Below, in pieces: positions 19,937 through 30,913 of a stretch of 32,000 nucleotides of DNA. Numbering within the stretch: the stretch's first letter is position 1; every line of letters starts with the position of its first letter. The position numbers were made by a program, and so were the translations under genes. Source of the stretch: Escherichia coli (GTDB taxonomy: Bacteria; Pseudomonadota; Gammaproteobacteria; Enterobacterales; Enterobacteriaceae); assembly GCF_013371685.1 (NCBI RefSeq), contig NZ_CP055251.1; one strand, 5' to 3'. Under the pieces are notes generated by a model. The model did not search any database. It saw only the letters and a program-made list of their open reading frames with translations, and was not told the origin of the DNA.

Positions 19937-20226
19937 TACCGGGGGGTTCCGGAAGGAATTCCTTGTTTCCCGAACTGTTACCAACAAAATTATAACGATG
20001 AACAAGTAAAGACCGGTTGGTGGCAGTACTGATCGGTCTGTGATGGATGATTAATTTCACCTTAAATCCGGGTGCTGTTAGGATGCTGACATTTTTCGGG
20101 TACACCATTCAGATTATGCAAATAAAGATCCAATCAAAAAATAAACATCCCTGAATATAATATATTCATAGCATCCATAACTCATCCTGGGCGATAACTA
20201 AACCATTTTTGAGTAATAAATGAAAC

Positions 20227-20300
20227 AACTGCAACACTCTTATTATTTCTGGAAAACGCCTCGCAAAAACAAAACAACATGCAAAAATCCGCTTTTTTTA
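20227..20300 (+). repeat. Copy of a roughly 74-bp element upstream of yiiE
   Basis: Aligns without gaps to 20666-20739, about 57 of 74 positions identical by hand count, with a 22-nt identical core TCTGGAAAACGCCTCGCAAAAA (20248-20269). Confidence 0.8.
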
Positions 20301-20362
20301 AATGATTTTCCGGCGTAATTTTCGCACATACATTAATGAGTAATATAGGTAAGGTGGTGGTA

Positions 20363-20581
20363 ATGGCGATGAATACGGTTTTTCTTCATTTATCAGAAGA
20401 GGCAATTAAACGGCTGAACAAACTTCGGGGCTGGCGTAAGGTTTCACGATCTGCAATTTTACGCGAAGCGGTTGAGCAATATCTGGAGCGGCAGCAATTT
20501 CCGGTGCGTAAAGCAAAGGGAGGCAGGCAAAAGGGGGAGGTAGTTGGTGTTGATGATCAGTGTAAGGAGCATAAGGAATGA
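20363..20581 (+). CDS. yiiE: Ribbon-helix-helix (CopG/Arc-like) protein YiiE
   Basis: MAMNTVFLHLSEEAIKRLNKLRGWRKVSRSAILREAVEQYLERQQ (72 aa), typical RHH fold; AAGGTGGTGGTA precedes the ATG. Confidence 0.85.
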   Translation: MAMNTVFLHLSEEAIKRLNKLRGWRKVSRSAILREAVEQYLERQQFPVRKAKGGRQKGEVVGVDDQCKEHKE

Positions 20582-20665
20582 AAAAAATTTTTCATTCTTG
20601 AATATAAAAAAACAGATGCCCTTATTCTGGTATTAATACAAGGCTGTTTTACTTGAACTTATAAT

Positions 20666-20739
20666 AACTGCAACTGTTACATCGTATCTGGAAAACGCCT
20701 CGCAAAAATAAAAAATGATGCGTAAATGAGCTTTCTTTA
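20666..20739 (+). repeat. Copy of the roughly 74-bp element upstream of yiiF
   Basis: Same element as 20227-20300; identical core at 20687-20708. Confidence 0.8.
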
Positions 20740-20823
20740 AAGATTCGGCAAGGGTACTTTTCTCTCCATAGATTCAAAAATGATATTGGCGAGATATTTA
20801 TGAACTCTCTGGCAGGTATAGAT

Positions 20824-21042
20824 ATGGGCAGAATTTTACTCGATTTATCGAATGAGGTGATTAAGCAACTTGATGATCTCGAGGTGCAGCGTAATCTTCC
20901 TCGTGCGGACCTATTAAGGGAAGCGGTAGATCAATACCTGATAAATCAATCGCAAACAGCAAGAACCAGTGTTCCTGGCATCTGGCAAGGGTGTGAGGAA
21001 GATGGTGTCGAATATCAGCGTAAGCTGCGCGAGGAATGGTAA
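20824..21042 (+). CDS. yiiF: Ribbon-helix-helix protein YiiF (start could instead be 20800)
   Basis: [42 protein letters not shown]..., an RHH paralogue-like sequence. Confidence 0.83.
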
Positions 21043-21092
21043 TGGGAAAAAATGATGTCAATCAGATTGCTGACAACGTGCGCGTTGTTCAT

Positions 21093-21191
21093 GCCGGATG
21101 CGGCGTGAACGCCTTATCCGGCCTACAAAGTCATGCAAATTCAATATATTGAAGTTTATTGGTAGGGCTGATAAGCGCAGCGCATCAGGCA
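21093..21191. repeat. REP/BIME element between yiiF and fdhE
   Basis: GCCGGATGCGGCGTGAACGCCTTATCCGGCCTAC (21093-21126) plus a second REP-like block GTAGGGCTGATAAGCGCAGCGCATCAGGCA (21162-21191). Confidence 0.85.
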
Positions 21192-21371
21192 ATCATACGC
21201 TTGTCATCAGTGACATACCCATAACCTTATCGATGTGTTGGAGGGAAGAACGAGGCAAACAGACAATTGCGGCATGATCTTGAATGGGTAACGCGGAATA
21301 CGAGAGATGGTGTCGTCACACCCTATGAGCTGTAATCCGGGCGACCAGCGCCACCCGGAAAACGTCAGAGA

Positions 21372-22301
21372 TTACTCCCCTTCACCCGGAAACAGGAACG
21401 GGTTGATGGAACTGCGGGCATAGCCTTCTTGCTCTATTCGCGCGTCCAGTACCAGAGAAGCGAGGTCATCTGCCACGGCTTCAACTTTCGGTTCTTTTTC
21501 CTGATAAAGAATCTTCAGGTAAGTGCCACAGTCATCGCAGCTTTCGGCTTTAATCGCGGCCTGTTCGTCATCCAGCGACCAGTAATGCAGTTTGCCGCTC
21601 TGCTCGCAGTTGCTGCATTTTACGCGCACTACGTGCCATTCGGTTTCACACAGGTTGCAGTGCAGGTAACGCAGACCCTGAGTGGTGCCAATTTGCACCA
21701 TGCTGGACACCGGCATAGAACCACAAACCGGGCAATATTGACGTTGCTCGCCGTATTCAGCGCGGGCTTTGCCGGGGATCAGATTGGCCATCTGCGCCCA
21801 GTAGAGCGACAGTGCAGCCCAGATAAACGGCGCTTTATCGCTGCTGACGGATGAGAAATCAGAGGCAAACAGTGCGCTGGCCATATCTTCCAGCTCCTGA
21901 GTTGATGCCTTCTCCAGATTCTCAATCACTGCCAGCGCCGGGCCGCTCATTTCAGGTTTCAGCTCAGCAATCAGCGCCATCAGCAGCTTTTGCCAGTGCT
22001 TATCACGCGGCAGAACGTGAATATCCAGCGGGGGCTTGCCCTGTGCGCTGGCTTCTTTAATGCGCGCGGTCAGATCCATCTCCAGCGGATGGTCGTACAG
22101 CACCACTTCCTGGGCGTGGGCGATAAGCGCAGCAAAGCGCAGGTAATCACCCAGCGGATTATTTTCTGCCAGCTCGCGCAGACGCTCGGCGCGGCGGTTG
22201 TATAAATTCTTGAGCCGAGGGAACAATAACGGCGGAATCATATCCGCCGTACGTTTCTCGCTCGAACCCAGCTCATCTTGCGGGATTATGCGAATACTCA
22301 T
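21372..22301 (-). CDS. fdhE: Formate dehydrogenase accessory protein FdhE
   Basis: 309 aa with paired cysteine motifs [32 protein letters not shown]. Confidence 0.96.
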   Translation of the reverse strand: MSIRIIPQDELGSSEKRTADMIPPLLFPRLKNLYNRRAERLRELAENNPLGDYLRFAALIAHAQEVVLYDHPLEMDLTARIKEASAQGKPPLDIHVLPRDKHWQKLLMALIAELKPEMSGPALAVIENLEKASTQELEDMASALFASDFSSVSSDKAPFIWAALSLYWAQMANLIPGKARAEYGEQRQYCPVCGSMPVSSMVQIGTTQGLRYLHCNLCETEWHVVRVKCSNCEQSGKLHYWSLDDEQAAIKAESCDDCGTYLKILYQEKEPKVEAVADDLASLVLDARIEQEGYARSSINPFLFPGEGE

Positions 22302-22933
22302 TCAGCTTTCTTTTCCGTTGTCTTGCGGACCTCACGGTACCAGCGCGGGTGATGTTTCTTCGCCCAGGCGCTGGTAACCCATCCTTCCACCATGGCGGTA
22401 ATCGTGCCTTTCACCCAAAGGGCGGCGTAGATATGCACCATGATAACCACAATTAACGCCACTGCGGCAAATGAATGCAGCATTAACGCGAATCGGATCA
22501 CCGGGATTGAGAAAGCAGGCGCAAAATAAGGACGCCAGATAATCACGCCGCTCACCAGCAGCAGAACCAGGAAAATAATCGCCGCCCAGAAAACGCATTT
22601 CTGACCGAAGTTATAACGCCCGGTGTCACCTACTTCCTCGTTGACGACGATCTTACGAATATTCTTCGCCCAAAAGATATCATCCCGATTGATTAGGTTG
22701 TGATGCCAGTAACGGAAAAACATGATGATGAACGAGGCAAACATAACCACGCCGACAAACGGGTGCAGAATTCGCGCCAGCTGCGGTGTGCCCATGATTT
22801 GCATCAACCAGTTGAAGGACGGGAACAAAAAGCCCAGCCCGCTCACCGCCGCCAGGATGAAGCAGAAGGCGGTGATCCAGTGGTTGATACGTTCCGGCGC
22901 GGTGTAGCGCACGATGGTGTCACGTCGTTTCAT
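22298..22933 (-). CDS. fdoI: Formate dehydrogenase-O cytochrome b556 subunit
   Basis: 211 aa, multiple membrane spans with conserved histidines ([43 protein letters not shown]). Confidence 0.96.
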
Positions 22934-23832
22934 TTGCGCTCCTCGTCTTTCTCTTCGTGCAGATTATTCTCTTCCTCATCCGCACGGTTCGGACCGACAC
23001 CCACGTAGTGGAAGATACTGGCCGCAAAGGTAGCCGCAAAGCCAACAGCCGCGAGCGGTTTCCAGATGCCTTTCCAGAATTTCACGGTTTCGCTGATTTC
23101 CGGGTTCTCCGGCAAGCCATGATACAGATTTGGCTTGTCAGCATGGTGCAGCACGTACATGACGTGTGTACCACCGACGCCTGCCGGATCGTACAGACCC
23201 GCATTGTCGTAACCGCGGGTTTTCAGCTCAGCAACGCGCTCGCTCGCCAGCGTTTTCATCGACTCTTTCGTACCGAAGTGAATCGCGCCCGTTGGGCAGG
23301 TCTTCACGCAGGCTGGTTCTTGCCCAACCACCACGCGGTCAACGCACAGCGTACATTTGTAGACGCGGTTGTCTTCCGGGTTGAGGCGCGGAATGTCGAA
23401 CGGACAGCCCGCAATGCAATAACCGCAGCCAATGCACTGCTCGGACTGGAAGTCGACGATACCGTTGGCATACTGAATAATTGCACCTTCCGCCGGGCAC
23501 GCTTTCAGGCAGCCTGGATCGGAACAGTGCATACAGCCGTCTTTGCGGATCAGCCATTCCAGTTTGTCGTTCTGCTCCACTTCCGAGAAGCGCATTACCG
23601 TCCACGATTTGGCGCTTAAATCATTGGGGTTGTCGTACACCCCAATGTTATTGCCGACGGTATCGCGAATGTCGTTCCACTCTGAACACGCCACCTGACA
23701 GGCTTTACAGCCGATACAGGTGGTGACGTCGATGAGTTTCGCCACTTCTTCCTGGAAGTCCCGCGCCTGAGGCGCGGGGGTCAGACCGTTAGTCGCGGAA
23801 CGACGAATGATATCTTGAGATTGATAAGCCAT
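22930..23832 (-). CDS. fdoH: Formate dehydrogenase-O iron-sulfur subunit
   Basis: 300 aa with 4Fe-4S motifs [56 protein letters not shown]; C-terminal transmembrane helix. Confidence 0.97.
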
Positions 23833-23844
23833 ATGTCGTCTCCG

Positions 23845-26800
23845 TTACACCTTTTCCACATTCACAAGGAAGGACTTAAACTCCGGCGTCTGCGTGTTCG
23901 CATCACCAACGAATGGCGTTAACGTATTGGCAATAAAGCCTTTTTTAGCTACACCTTCATAACCCCAGTGAATCGGAATACCGATGGTATCGATATCTTT
24001 GCCGTTCGCTTTCAGCGTACGAATACGTTTGGTCACCACCGCTTTGGCTTTGATATAGCCACGGTTGGAGGAGACTTTCACGGTATCGCCCTGGGCAATG
24101 CCAAGTTTATTCGCCAGCGACTCCCCGATTTCCACAAACTGCTCTGGTTGCAAAATCGCGTTCAACAGCGCGTGTTTGGTCCAGTAGTGGAAGTGCTCGG
24201 TCAGACGATAGGTGGTTCCGACATACGGGAACTTATCGGCTTTACCCAATGCTTCGGCGTCGTCTTTAAAGATACGTGCAGCCGGGTTCGAGATAACGTT
24301 TGGATGCAGCGGGTTAGTTCCCAGCGGCGTTTCAAACGGCTCGTAGTGTTCCGGGAACGGACCTTCCGCCATCTTATCGAGGGCAAACAGACGCCCCATG
24401 CCTTCCTGCTGCATGATAAACGGCCCGACGCCGCTACCCGGAGGCGCTGCGCTGTAGTCCGGAATATCCCAGCCGGTCCACTTAGTGCCGTCCCATTTCA
24501 GCAACTGACGCTTCGGATCCCACGGGTTACCCTGCGGATCTGCGGAGGCGCGGTTATACAGAATGCGGCGGTTAAGCGGCCATGCCCATGCCCAGCCCAG
24601 CGTGTTACCGAGGCCAGACGGATCGGCGTTATCACGACGCGCCATCTGGTTGCCTTCCGGCGTCCAGCTACCGGCGAAAATCCAGCAGCCACAGGAGGTT
24701 GTACCGTCATCGCGCAATTGGGCGAACGAGCTAAGTTGTTGGCCTTTCTTGACGATAACCGCACCGGTTGCCGGATCGGTAATATCGGCCAGCGCCTTAC
24801 CGTTGCTCTCCATCGCTACTTCTTCCGACTTCGGCTCATGCGGAATGGCGTAGTTCCAGGTCATGTTCAGCACCTGGTCCGGGTTCGCGCCACCCTGTTC
24901 GGCATACATCTTGCGCAAGCGCAGGAAGATACCGGAGAGGATCTCGCCATCAGTCAGCGCAATCCCCGGGGCGTCCGCACCTTTCCAGTGCCACTGCAAC
25001 CAGCGACCTGAGTTAACGATTGAACCGTTCTCTTCTGCGAAGCAGGTCGATGGCAGACGGAACCCTTCGGTCTGGATCTTCGACGAGTCAACTTCGTTCA
25101 GCTCACCGTGGTTCTGCCAGAAGTTAGAGGTTTCAGTGTTCAGTGGGTCGATGGTGACGAGGAACTTCAGTTTCGACAGACAACCGATCACTTTGTTTTT
25201 GTTCGGGAATGAGGCAACAGGGTTAAAGCCCTGGCAGATATAGCCATTGACCTTGCCCTCTTTCATCATCTCGAAGTACTGCAGGACGTCGTAGCCTTTA
25301 TCCCACTTCGGCAACCAGTCAAAGCCCCAGCTATTTTCCGCCGTCGCTTTATCACCAAAGAAGGCCTTCATCATAGAGACGAAGAATTTCGGGTAGTTGC
25401 CCCAGTAGTTTACCTGGCCTTCCAGCAGCGGTTTTGGCGTGTTGGCGGTAAGGTAGGTTTGCAGATCGGTCTGCTTCTCGCTTGGCAGCGTCATGTAACC
25501 TGGCAGACTCTGCGACAGTAGCCCCAGGTCCGTCAGCCCCTGAATATTGGAGTGACCGCGCAGGGCGTTAACGCCGCCGCCGGCCATCCCCATATTGCCG
25601 AGCAGCAGCTGGATCATCGCCATCGTACGAATGTTTTGCGCACCAACGGAGTGTTGCGTCCAGCCGAGGGCATACAGGAACGAGGCAGTTTTATCGTGAG
25701 CACTGGTTTCTGCGATGTATTCGCAGACTTTCAGGAACGCGTCTTTTGGCGTACCACAGATGTTTTCAACCACATCTGGCGTGTAGCGGGAAACGTGCTG
25801 TTTCAGCAAGTTCCACACGCAGCGCGGATGTTGCAGCGTGGTATCGCGTTTGGCGAAGCCGTTTTCGTCCAGTTCATAAGTCCAGGAGGATTTATCGTAC
25901 TTGCGTTTTTCCGCGTCGTAGCCGGTGAACAGGCCATCTTCAAAGCCGTAATCCTCACGCACTATCAGGCTGGCGTTGGTATAGGCTTCGGTGTATTCGC
26001 GGTTGAATTTTTCATTGTTCAGCAGGTACAGCAATACGCCTGACAGGAAAGCAATGTCAGTACCGGAACGAATAGGGGCATAGTAGTCAGCTACCGCCGC
26101 CGTACGCGTAAAGCGAGGATCGATCACAATCAGCTTCGCGCCGTTGTGAATTTTGGCTTCCATCGCCCAGCGGAACCCGACCGGGTGAGCTTCAGCGGCG
26201 TTACCGCCCATCACCACGACGAGGTTGGCGTTCTTGATGTCGACCCAGTGGTTGGTCATCGCACCGCGACCAAATGTTGGAGCAAGACTTGCTACCGTTG
26301 GTCCGTGTCAGACACGCGCCTGGTTGTCGACCGCGAGCATACCCAGCGCGCGGGAGAATTTTTGCGTTAAATAGCCGGTTTCGTTACTCGACGCGGAAGC
26401 ACACAGCATCCCGGTGGAGAGCCAGCGGTTAACAGTCACGCCTTCGGCGTTTTGCGCAATGTAGTTAGCATCGCGGTCTTCTTTCATCAGTTTGGCGATG
26501 CGATCAAACGCCTCTTCCCAACTGATTTGCTGCCATTTATCAGAACCTGGCGCACGGTATTCCGGAAACTTCAGACGGCTTTCAGAGTGGATGAAATCCA
26601 CCAGGCCAGCGCCTTTCGGACAAAGTGCACCGCGGTTGACCGGGTGATCCGGATCGCCTTCGATATGGAAGATAGATGCTTTGGCGTTTTTTGCTCCGTC
26701 ACCGAGGCTGTACATCAACAGCCCACAGCCTACGGAACAATAGGTGCAGGTATTACGGGTTTCGCGGGTGCGCAGCAGTTTATACTGCCGGGTTTCCGCG

Positions 26801-26895
26801 AGCGCTACGCTGGGTGCAAAACCCAGTGCCGCTGCCGTGGTGCCTGCCATACCGCCAGCGCAGATCTTAAAGAACTGCCTTCTGCTGACCTGCAT
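23845..26895 (-). CDS. fdoG: Formate dehydrogenase-O major subunit, a molybdenum selenoprotein spanning an in-frame TGA (Sec196)
   Basis: The 195-aa N-terminal ORF (Tat signal QVSRRQFFKI) and the C-terminal ORF are in the same frame, interrupted only by TGA at 26308-26310 in the context ...NQARV-U-HGPTVASLAPTFGRGAMTNHW...; 1016 residues in total. Confidence 0.96.
26268..26310 (-). promoter_or_regulatory. Bacterial SECIS-type element directing Sec insertion in fdoG
   Basis: TGACACGGACCAACGGTAGCAAGTCTTGCTCCAACATTTGGTC directly at and downstream of the UGA; AGCAAG-TC-TTGCT can form the apical stem, as in the known fdhF element. Confidence 0.85.
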
Positions 26896-27088
26896 GGATT
26901 GCTCCTTGTTTCGACATTGTCACGTCCCATTTACATTCGCTTGCTGCGTGTGCAGGGAGTGGGAGTTATTTTTCTTTGCGGAAGGGGCCGCAAAGGTCCA
27001 GAATTGGCTCAATTTCCCTCCATCCAGGAAGGGTTTGTAACAGAATACCATAATGTTGGTGTGTGTGTTCTTATCTGGTTAAGAGAAA

Positions 27089-27922
27089 GTGAAAAAAACA
27101 CAGCAAAAAGAAATCGAAAATGTGACAAATATCACAGGTGTTCGTCAAATTGAGTTATGGCGGCGTGATGATTTACAACACCCACGGTTAGATGAGGTCG
27201 CGGAAGAAGTTCCCGTTGCGCTGGTCTACAACGGCATTTCGCATGTGGTGATGATGGCGTCGCCCAAAGACCTTGAGTACTTTGCGCTCGGTTTTTCGCT
27301 TTCCGAGGGGATAATAGAAAGTCCGCGCGATATCTTCGGCATGGATGTCGTTCCTTCCTGTAATGGTCTTGAAGTACAAATTGAGCTTTCCAGCCGCCGC
27401 TTTATGGGGTTGAAGGAGCGCCGCCGGGCGCTGGCGGGACGTACGGGCTGTGGCGTATGCGGCGTGGAGCAACTTAATGACATCGGAAAACCGGTGCAGC
27501 CGCTACCGTTCACCCAGACGTTTGATCTCAACAAACTGGATGATGCATTACGTCATCTCAACGATTTTCAGCCAGTGGGGCAACTGACTGGTTGTACTCA
27601 CGCCGCTGCCTGGATGTTGCCATCTGGCGAACTGGTCGGCGGGCATGAAGACGTGGGTCGCCATGTGGCGCTGGACAAACTGTTAGGCCGCCGGTCACAA
27701 GAAGGGGAAAGCTGGCAGCAAGGTGCGGTACTGGTTTCCAGTCGTGCCAGTTATGAAATGGTGCAAAAGTCGGCGATGTGCGGCGTAGAGATTTTGTTTG
27801 CGGTGTCTGCCGCGACCACGCTTGCTGTAGAAGTGGCTGAGCGTTGTAATCTGACGCTGGTGGGTTTTTGTAAGCCGGGTCGGGCAACGGTTTATACCCA
27901 TCCGCAGCGTTTGAGCAATTAA
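27089..27922 (+). CDS. fdhD: Sulfurtransferase for formate dehydrogenase FdhD
   Basis: 277 aa with the CGVCG motif ([13 protein letters not shown]); divergent from fdoG. Confidence 0.97.
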
Positions 27923-28074
27923 TTAAAATAAGTCCTGCGATATATATTAAATTGCAGGACTTATTCATTTCGTGAATTTTATTATTTTATTTATAAATAA
28001 AACGCGTGTAGTGGCATTTTCTTTTTTCATTTATTATGTTCACTCTCTTATCTATATATTTATAAGGCAATTAA

Positions 28075-29115
28075 ATGAAAAGGAATTTATTATCTTCCGC
28101 TATTATAGTCGCCATCATGGCCCTCGGTCTGACGGGTTGTGATGATAAAAAAGCCGAAACAGAAACGCCCCCGCCTGCCAATAGTCAACCTGCCGCACCA
28201 GCTCCTGAAGCTCCCGTTGCAAAAGCAGAAGCTAAACCTGAAACACCTGCGCAACCGGTGGTCGATGAACAAGCGGTTTTCGACGAAAAAATGGATGTCT
28301 ATATCAAGTGCTATAACAAGTTACAGATCCCTGTACAGAGCAGTCTGGCGCGTTATGCTGACTGGCTGAAAGATTTTAAACAGGGGCCTACCGGTGAAGA
28401 GCGTACTGTTTATGGCATCTACGGCATTAGTGAATCCAACCTCGCTGAGTGTGAAAAAGGCGTAAAAAGTGCTGTGGCGTTAACGCCTGCGCTGCAACCT
28501 ATTGATGGCGTGGCGGTGAGTTATATCGATGCTGCCGTGGCGTTGGGTAATACCATTAACGAAATGGATAAATATTACACCCAGGAAAATTATAAAGACG
28601 ATGCGTTTGCGAAAGGGAAAACGCTGCACCAGACATTCTTAAAAAATCTGGAAGCCTTTGAAGCTGTAGCAGAATCTTATCATGCGGCGATTCAGGAAAT
28701 TAACGATAAGCGCCAGCTTGCGGAACTGAAAAATATTGAAGAAAGAGAAGGGAAAACATTCCACTATTACTCTCTGGCAGTCATGATTTCAGCGAAACAA
28801 ATTAATAACCTGATATCGCAAGATAAGTTTGATGCAGAAGCGGCAATGAAGAAAGTGTCTGAACTGGAAACGCTGGTGGCGCAGGCCAAAGAAGCGGATA
28901 AAGGCGGCATGAATTTCTCGTTTATTAATTCGGCAGGCCAGTATCAACTCGAGGCTAAAAAATACGTTCGCCGCGTCAGAGATAAAGTCCCGTACTCTGA
29001 CTGGGATAAAGAGCAACTGCAGGACGCAAACTCAAGCTGGATGGTCGACGACTCTTTCCCGAGAGCATTACGCGAGTACAACGAAATGGTTGATGACTAT
29101 AATAGCCTGCGTTAA
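28075..29115 (+). CDS. yiiG: Lipoprotein YiiG (DUF3829 family)
   Basis: 346 aa; lipobox ALGLTGC followed by a low-complexity Pro/Ala/Glu linker and a helical domain. Confidence 0.9.
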   Translation: MKRNLLSSAIIVAIMALGLTGCDDKKAETETPPPANSQPAAPAPEAPVAKAEAKPETPAQPVVDEQAVFDEKMDVYIKCYNKLQIPVQSSLARYADWLKDFKQGPTGEERTVYGIYGISESNLAECEKGVKSAVALTPALQPIDGVAVSYIDAAVALGNTINEMDKYYTQENYKDDAFAKGKTLHQTFLKNLEAFEAVAESYHAAIQEINDKRQLAELKNIEEREGKTFHYYSLAVMISAKQINNLISQDKFDAEAAMKKVSELETLVAQAKEADKGGMNFSFINSAGQYQLEAKKYVRRVRDKVPYSDWDKEQLQDANSSWMVDDSFPRALREYNEMVDDYNSLR

Positions 29116-29136
29116 ACGTTTTTGATGATAAATGCA

Positions 29137-29161
29137 GTGTCGGATGCGGCGCATCCGACAC
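29137..29161. terminator. Perfect palindrome between convergent yiiG and frvR (REP-like hairpin or terminator)
   Basis: GTGTCGGATGC-GGC-GCATCCGACAC. Confidence 0.65.
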
Positions 29162-29164
29162 AGT

Positions 29165-30913
29165 TCACCCCTTGTGAAGTAACTCCATAAATGCCTCATA
29201 TCCTGTTAACCCGGCAATAACCTCTGCCGGATGCTGACACAATACGCTTGCCAGATAGCTAAATATTTTTAGCTCATGACGCGCATCGGCGGCGGCGCAG
29301 GCAATCAACACATGGTTAATGATTTCGTTATTCACCTCGATCGGGTGGGCGAGGGTAATAAAAAATCCACGAAAACGTCGCTCCTGTTCGCTCCAGCAAT
29401 GTGGGATGGCGAGGCGATTAACAATCAGGTTTTCACCTTCGCCTTCGCGGGCGATGATGCGTTGTGCTTCATCGGCGGTAATATGGTGTTGCGCCACTAA
29501 TTGCGCACAAATTTGCCGGGTAATATGTTGCCAGCTTTCACCGCGTACATTCGAATAATGAAAACTTCCGGGGGCAGAGAAAAAACGCTCCGGTTGCTGG
29601 CGAATAAATGCCGTCGCCAGAAAATGTTTTATTTGTTCGATACCGGCAGCCGTAATGATATTTTTTACGGTGATGTAATTATTTACCGCGTCTTCCAGTA
29701 AATAATGGCTATTGTTAATGATCAATAACGGCTCAATCTCTTCGCGAATGGCAACAAGTTCGCTTAAGCTACGGGCAATAATTACCCGACAATTTAAAAC
29801 ATCGCGCTCAATGGCGAGCTGATTAATAGTGGCAATTGCGTTCTGGTCCGAGAGCAAAATGATCGGCTGGCGTTCGTTTTGATGCCGCTCCAGCGCACAG
29901 GCAAAATACAAACCGATCAGATCGCTGTCGAAAAGGGGAATATCGAGCTGTTCACGCAGTAGCGTAATAAAGTGCAGACTCATATCAAAGGCCGCAGGCC
30001 AGGCGGCTTTCAGGTTATTCATGCTGCTTTGGCGGTGCTCAGCAATCCACACCGGTGCGGCAAGGCAACGTAATAAATGCCCGGTAATGTTCTCAACCAG
30101 CTGCGTATCAATAATATTCAATGACGCGATGCCCGGCACCCTTTGCAGCAACCGCTGCACATTATCGGCAGAAATTATCTGCGCTTGCTGATGCTGTTTC
30201 TCTATCAAACCTGTCAGGGTTCTTACAGCGTTATCACCAAGAAACAGACCGCTATGTTCAACGATTTGTTTTATCTCGTCACCGGGATATTGCGGCCACT
30301 CATCGGTCAGTTGATTACGCAGGGCGTAAATCGCCAGAATCAGGCTGGAGAGATAATCACCCTGCATGAGCGGCCAGCGGTGTTGGTTGTCGCAGGCCGT
30401 GGATAAATGCTGAAGGTTGTCTCGTGTTACGCCCGCCAGCGGAATTAAAAACGGATCTTTGCGCAGCAAGTTCGCCAGCAAGATAACGCGCTTCTCTTCT
30501 GTCTCATCAATGAAATGGCCCAAACCGGGGCGGCTGGCCAGGCAACAAGCGCGTTCATAACGCTGTTTTAACCGGGGCAGACGCTCTGCGACCCACGTTT
30601 CTGGCAAATTAAGCGCCGAGGCGAGTTGCGCACGGGGAGTAAAGGTATTCAGTAATAACAGTGCCAGCAGCCGATCGTCGTTATCGTGCTTTTGCAGCAA
30701 CTGAAAAAAGCTGCGGCGCTCGAAGATTTCCAGCTGATAGCCCGCACTACCACTGGCGGAAATGCGGGCTTTGCCGTTAAGGGTAAAGTTGAGATAGTCA
30801 ATATCACGCAGGATGGTCCTGCCTGAAACGCCAGTCTGTTGCGCCAGCTCACCAGGCGTGCGCGGCTGTTGCTCCAGCAGATCGACAATCTTTAACTGGC
30901 GTTCGTTTAGCAT
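29165..30913 (-). CDS. frvR: Putative frv operon regulator FrvR (BglG/MtlR-like antiterminator-type regulator with PRD/EIIA-like regions)
   Basis: 582 aa; N-terminal HTH LLEQQPRTPGELAQQTGVSGRTILRDIDYLN; 1-nt overlap with the frvX stop codon (TAATG). Confidence 0.92.
   Translation of the reverse strand: MLNERQLKIVDLLEQQPRTPGELAQQTGVSGRTILRDIDYLNFTLNGKARISASGSAGYQLEIFERRSFFQLLQKHDNDDRLLALLLLNTFTPRAQLASALNLPETWVAERLPRLKQRYERACCLASRPGLGHFIDETEEKRVILLANLLRKDPFLIPLAGVTRDNLQHLSTACDNQHRWPLMQGDYLSSLILAIYALRNQLTDEWPQYPGDEIKQIVEHSGLFLGDNAVRTLTGLIEKQHQQAQIISADNVQRLLQRVPGIASLNIIDTQLVENITGHLLRCLAAPVWIAEHRQSSMNNLKAAWPAAFDMSLHFITLLREQLDIPLFDSDLIGLYFACALERHQNERQPIILLSDQNAIATINQLAIERDVLNCRVIIARSLSELVAIREEIEPLLIINNSHYLLEDAVNNYITVKNIITAAGIEQIKHFLATAFIRQQPERFFSAPGSFHYSNVRGESWQHITRQICAQLVAQHHITADEAQRIIAREGEGENLIVNRLAIPHCWSEQERRFRGFFITLAHPIEVNNEIINHVLIACAAADARHELKIFSYLASVLCQHPAEVIAGLTGYEAFMELLHKG

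Noticed and set aside
20220-20318. 32-codon ORF MKQLQHSYYFWKTPRKNKTTCKNPLFLNDFPA over the repeat upstream of yiiE
   Set aside because: The second copy of the element does not keep this reading frame (in-frame stop), so conservation is at the nucleotide and not the protein level.
22957-23619. 220-aa plus-strand ORF opposite fdoH
   Set aside because: Antisense to the iron-sulfur subunit gene with no recognisable domain.
23968-25011. 347-aa plus-strand ORF opposite fdoG
   Set aside because: Fully antisense to the well-supported fdoG coding sequence; low-complexity His/Arg/Gly-rich composition typical of shadow ORFs in codon-biased genes.
26255-26310. Possible fdoG pseudogene (frame interrupted)
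   Set aside because: The interruption is a single in-frame TGA in the classic selenocysteine context followed by a SECIS-like stem, not a nonsense mutation.
26452-27153. 233-aa plus-strand ORF overlapping fdoG 5' end and the fdhD start
   Set aside because: Overlaps two well-supported genes; composition looks like a shadow ORF.
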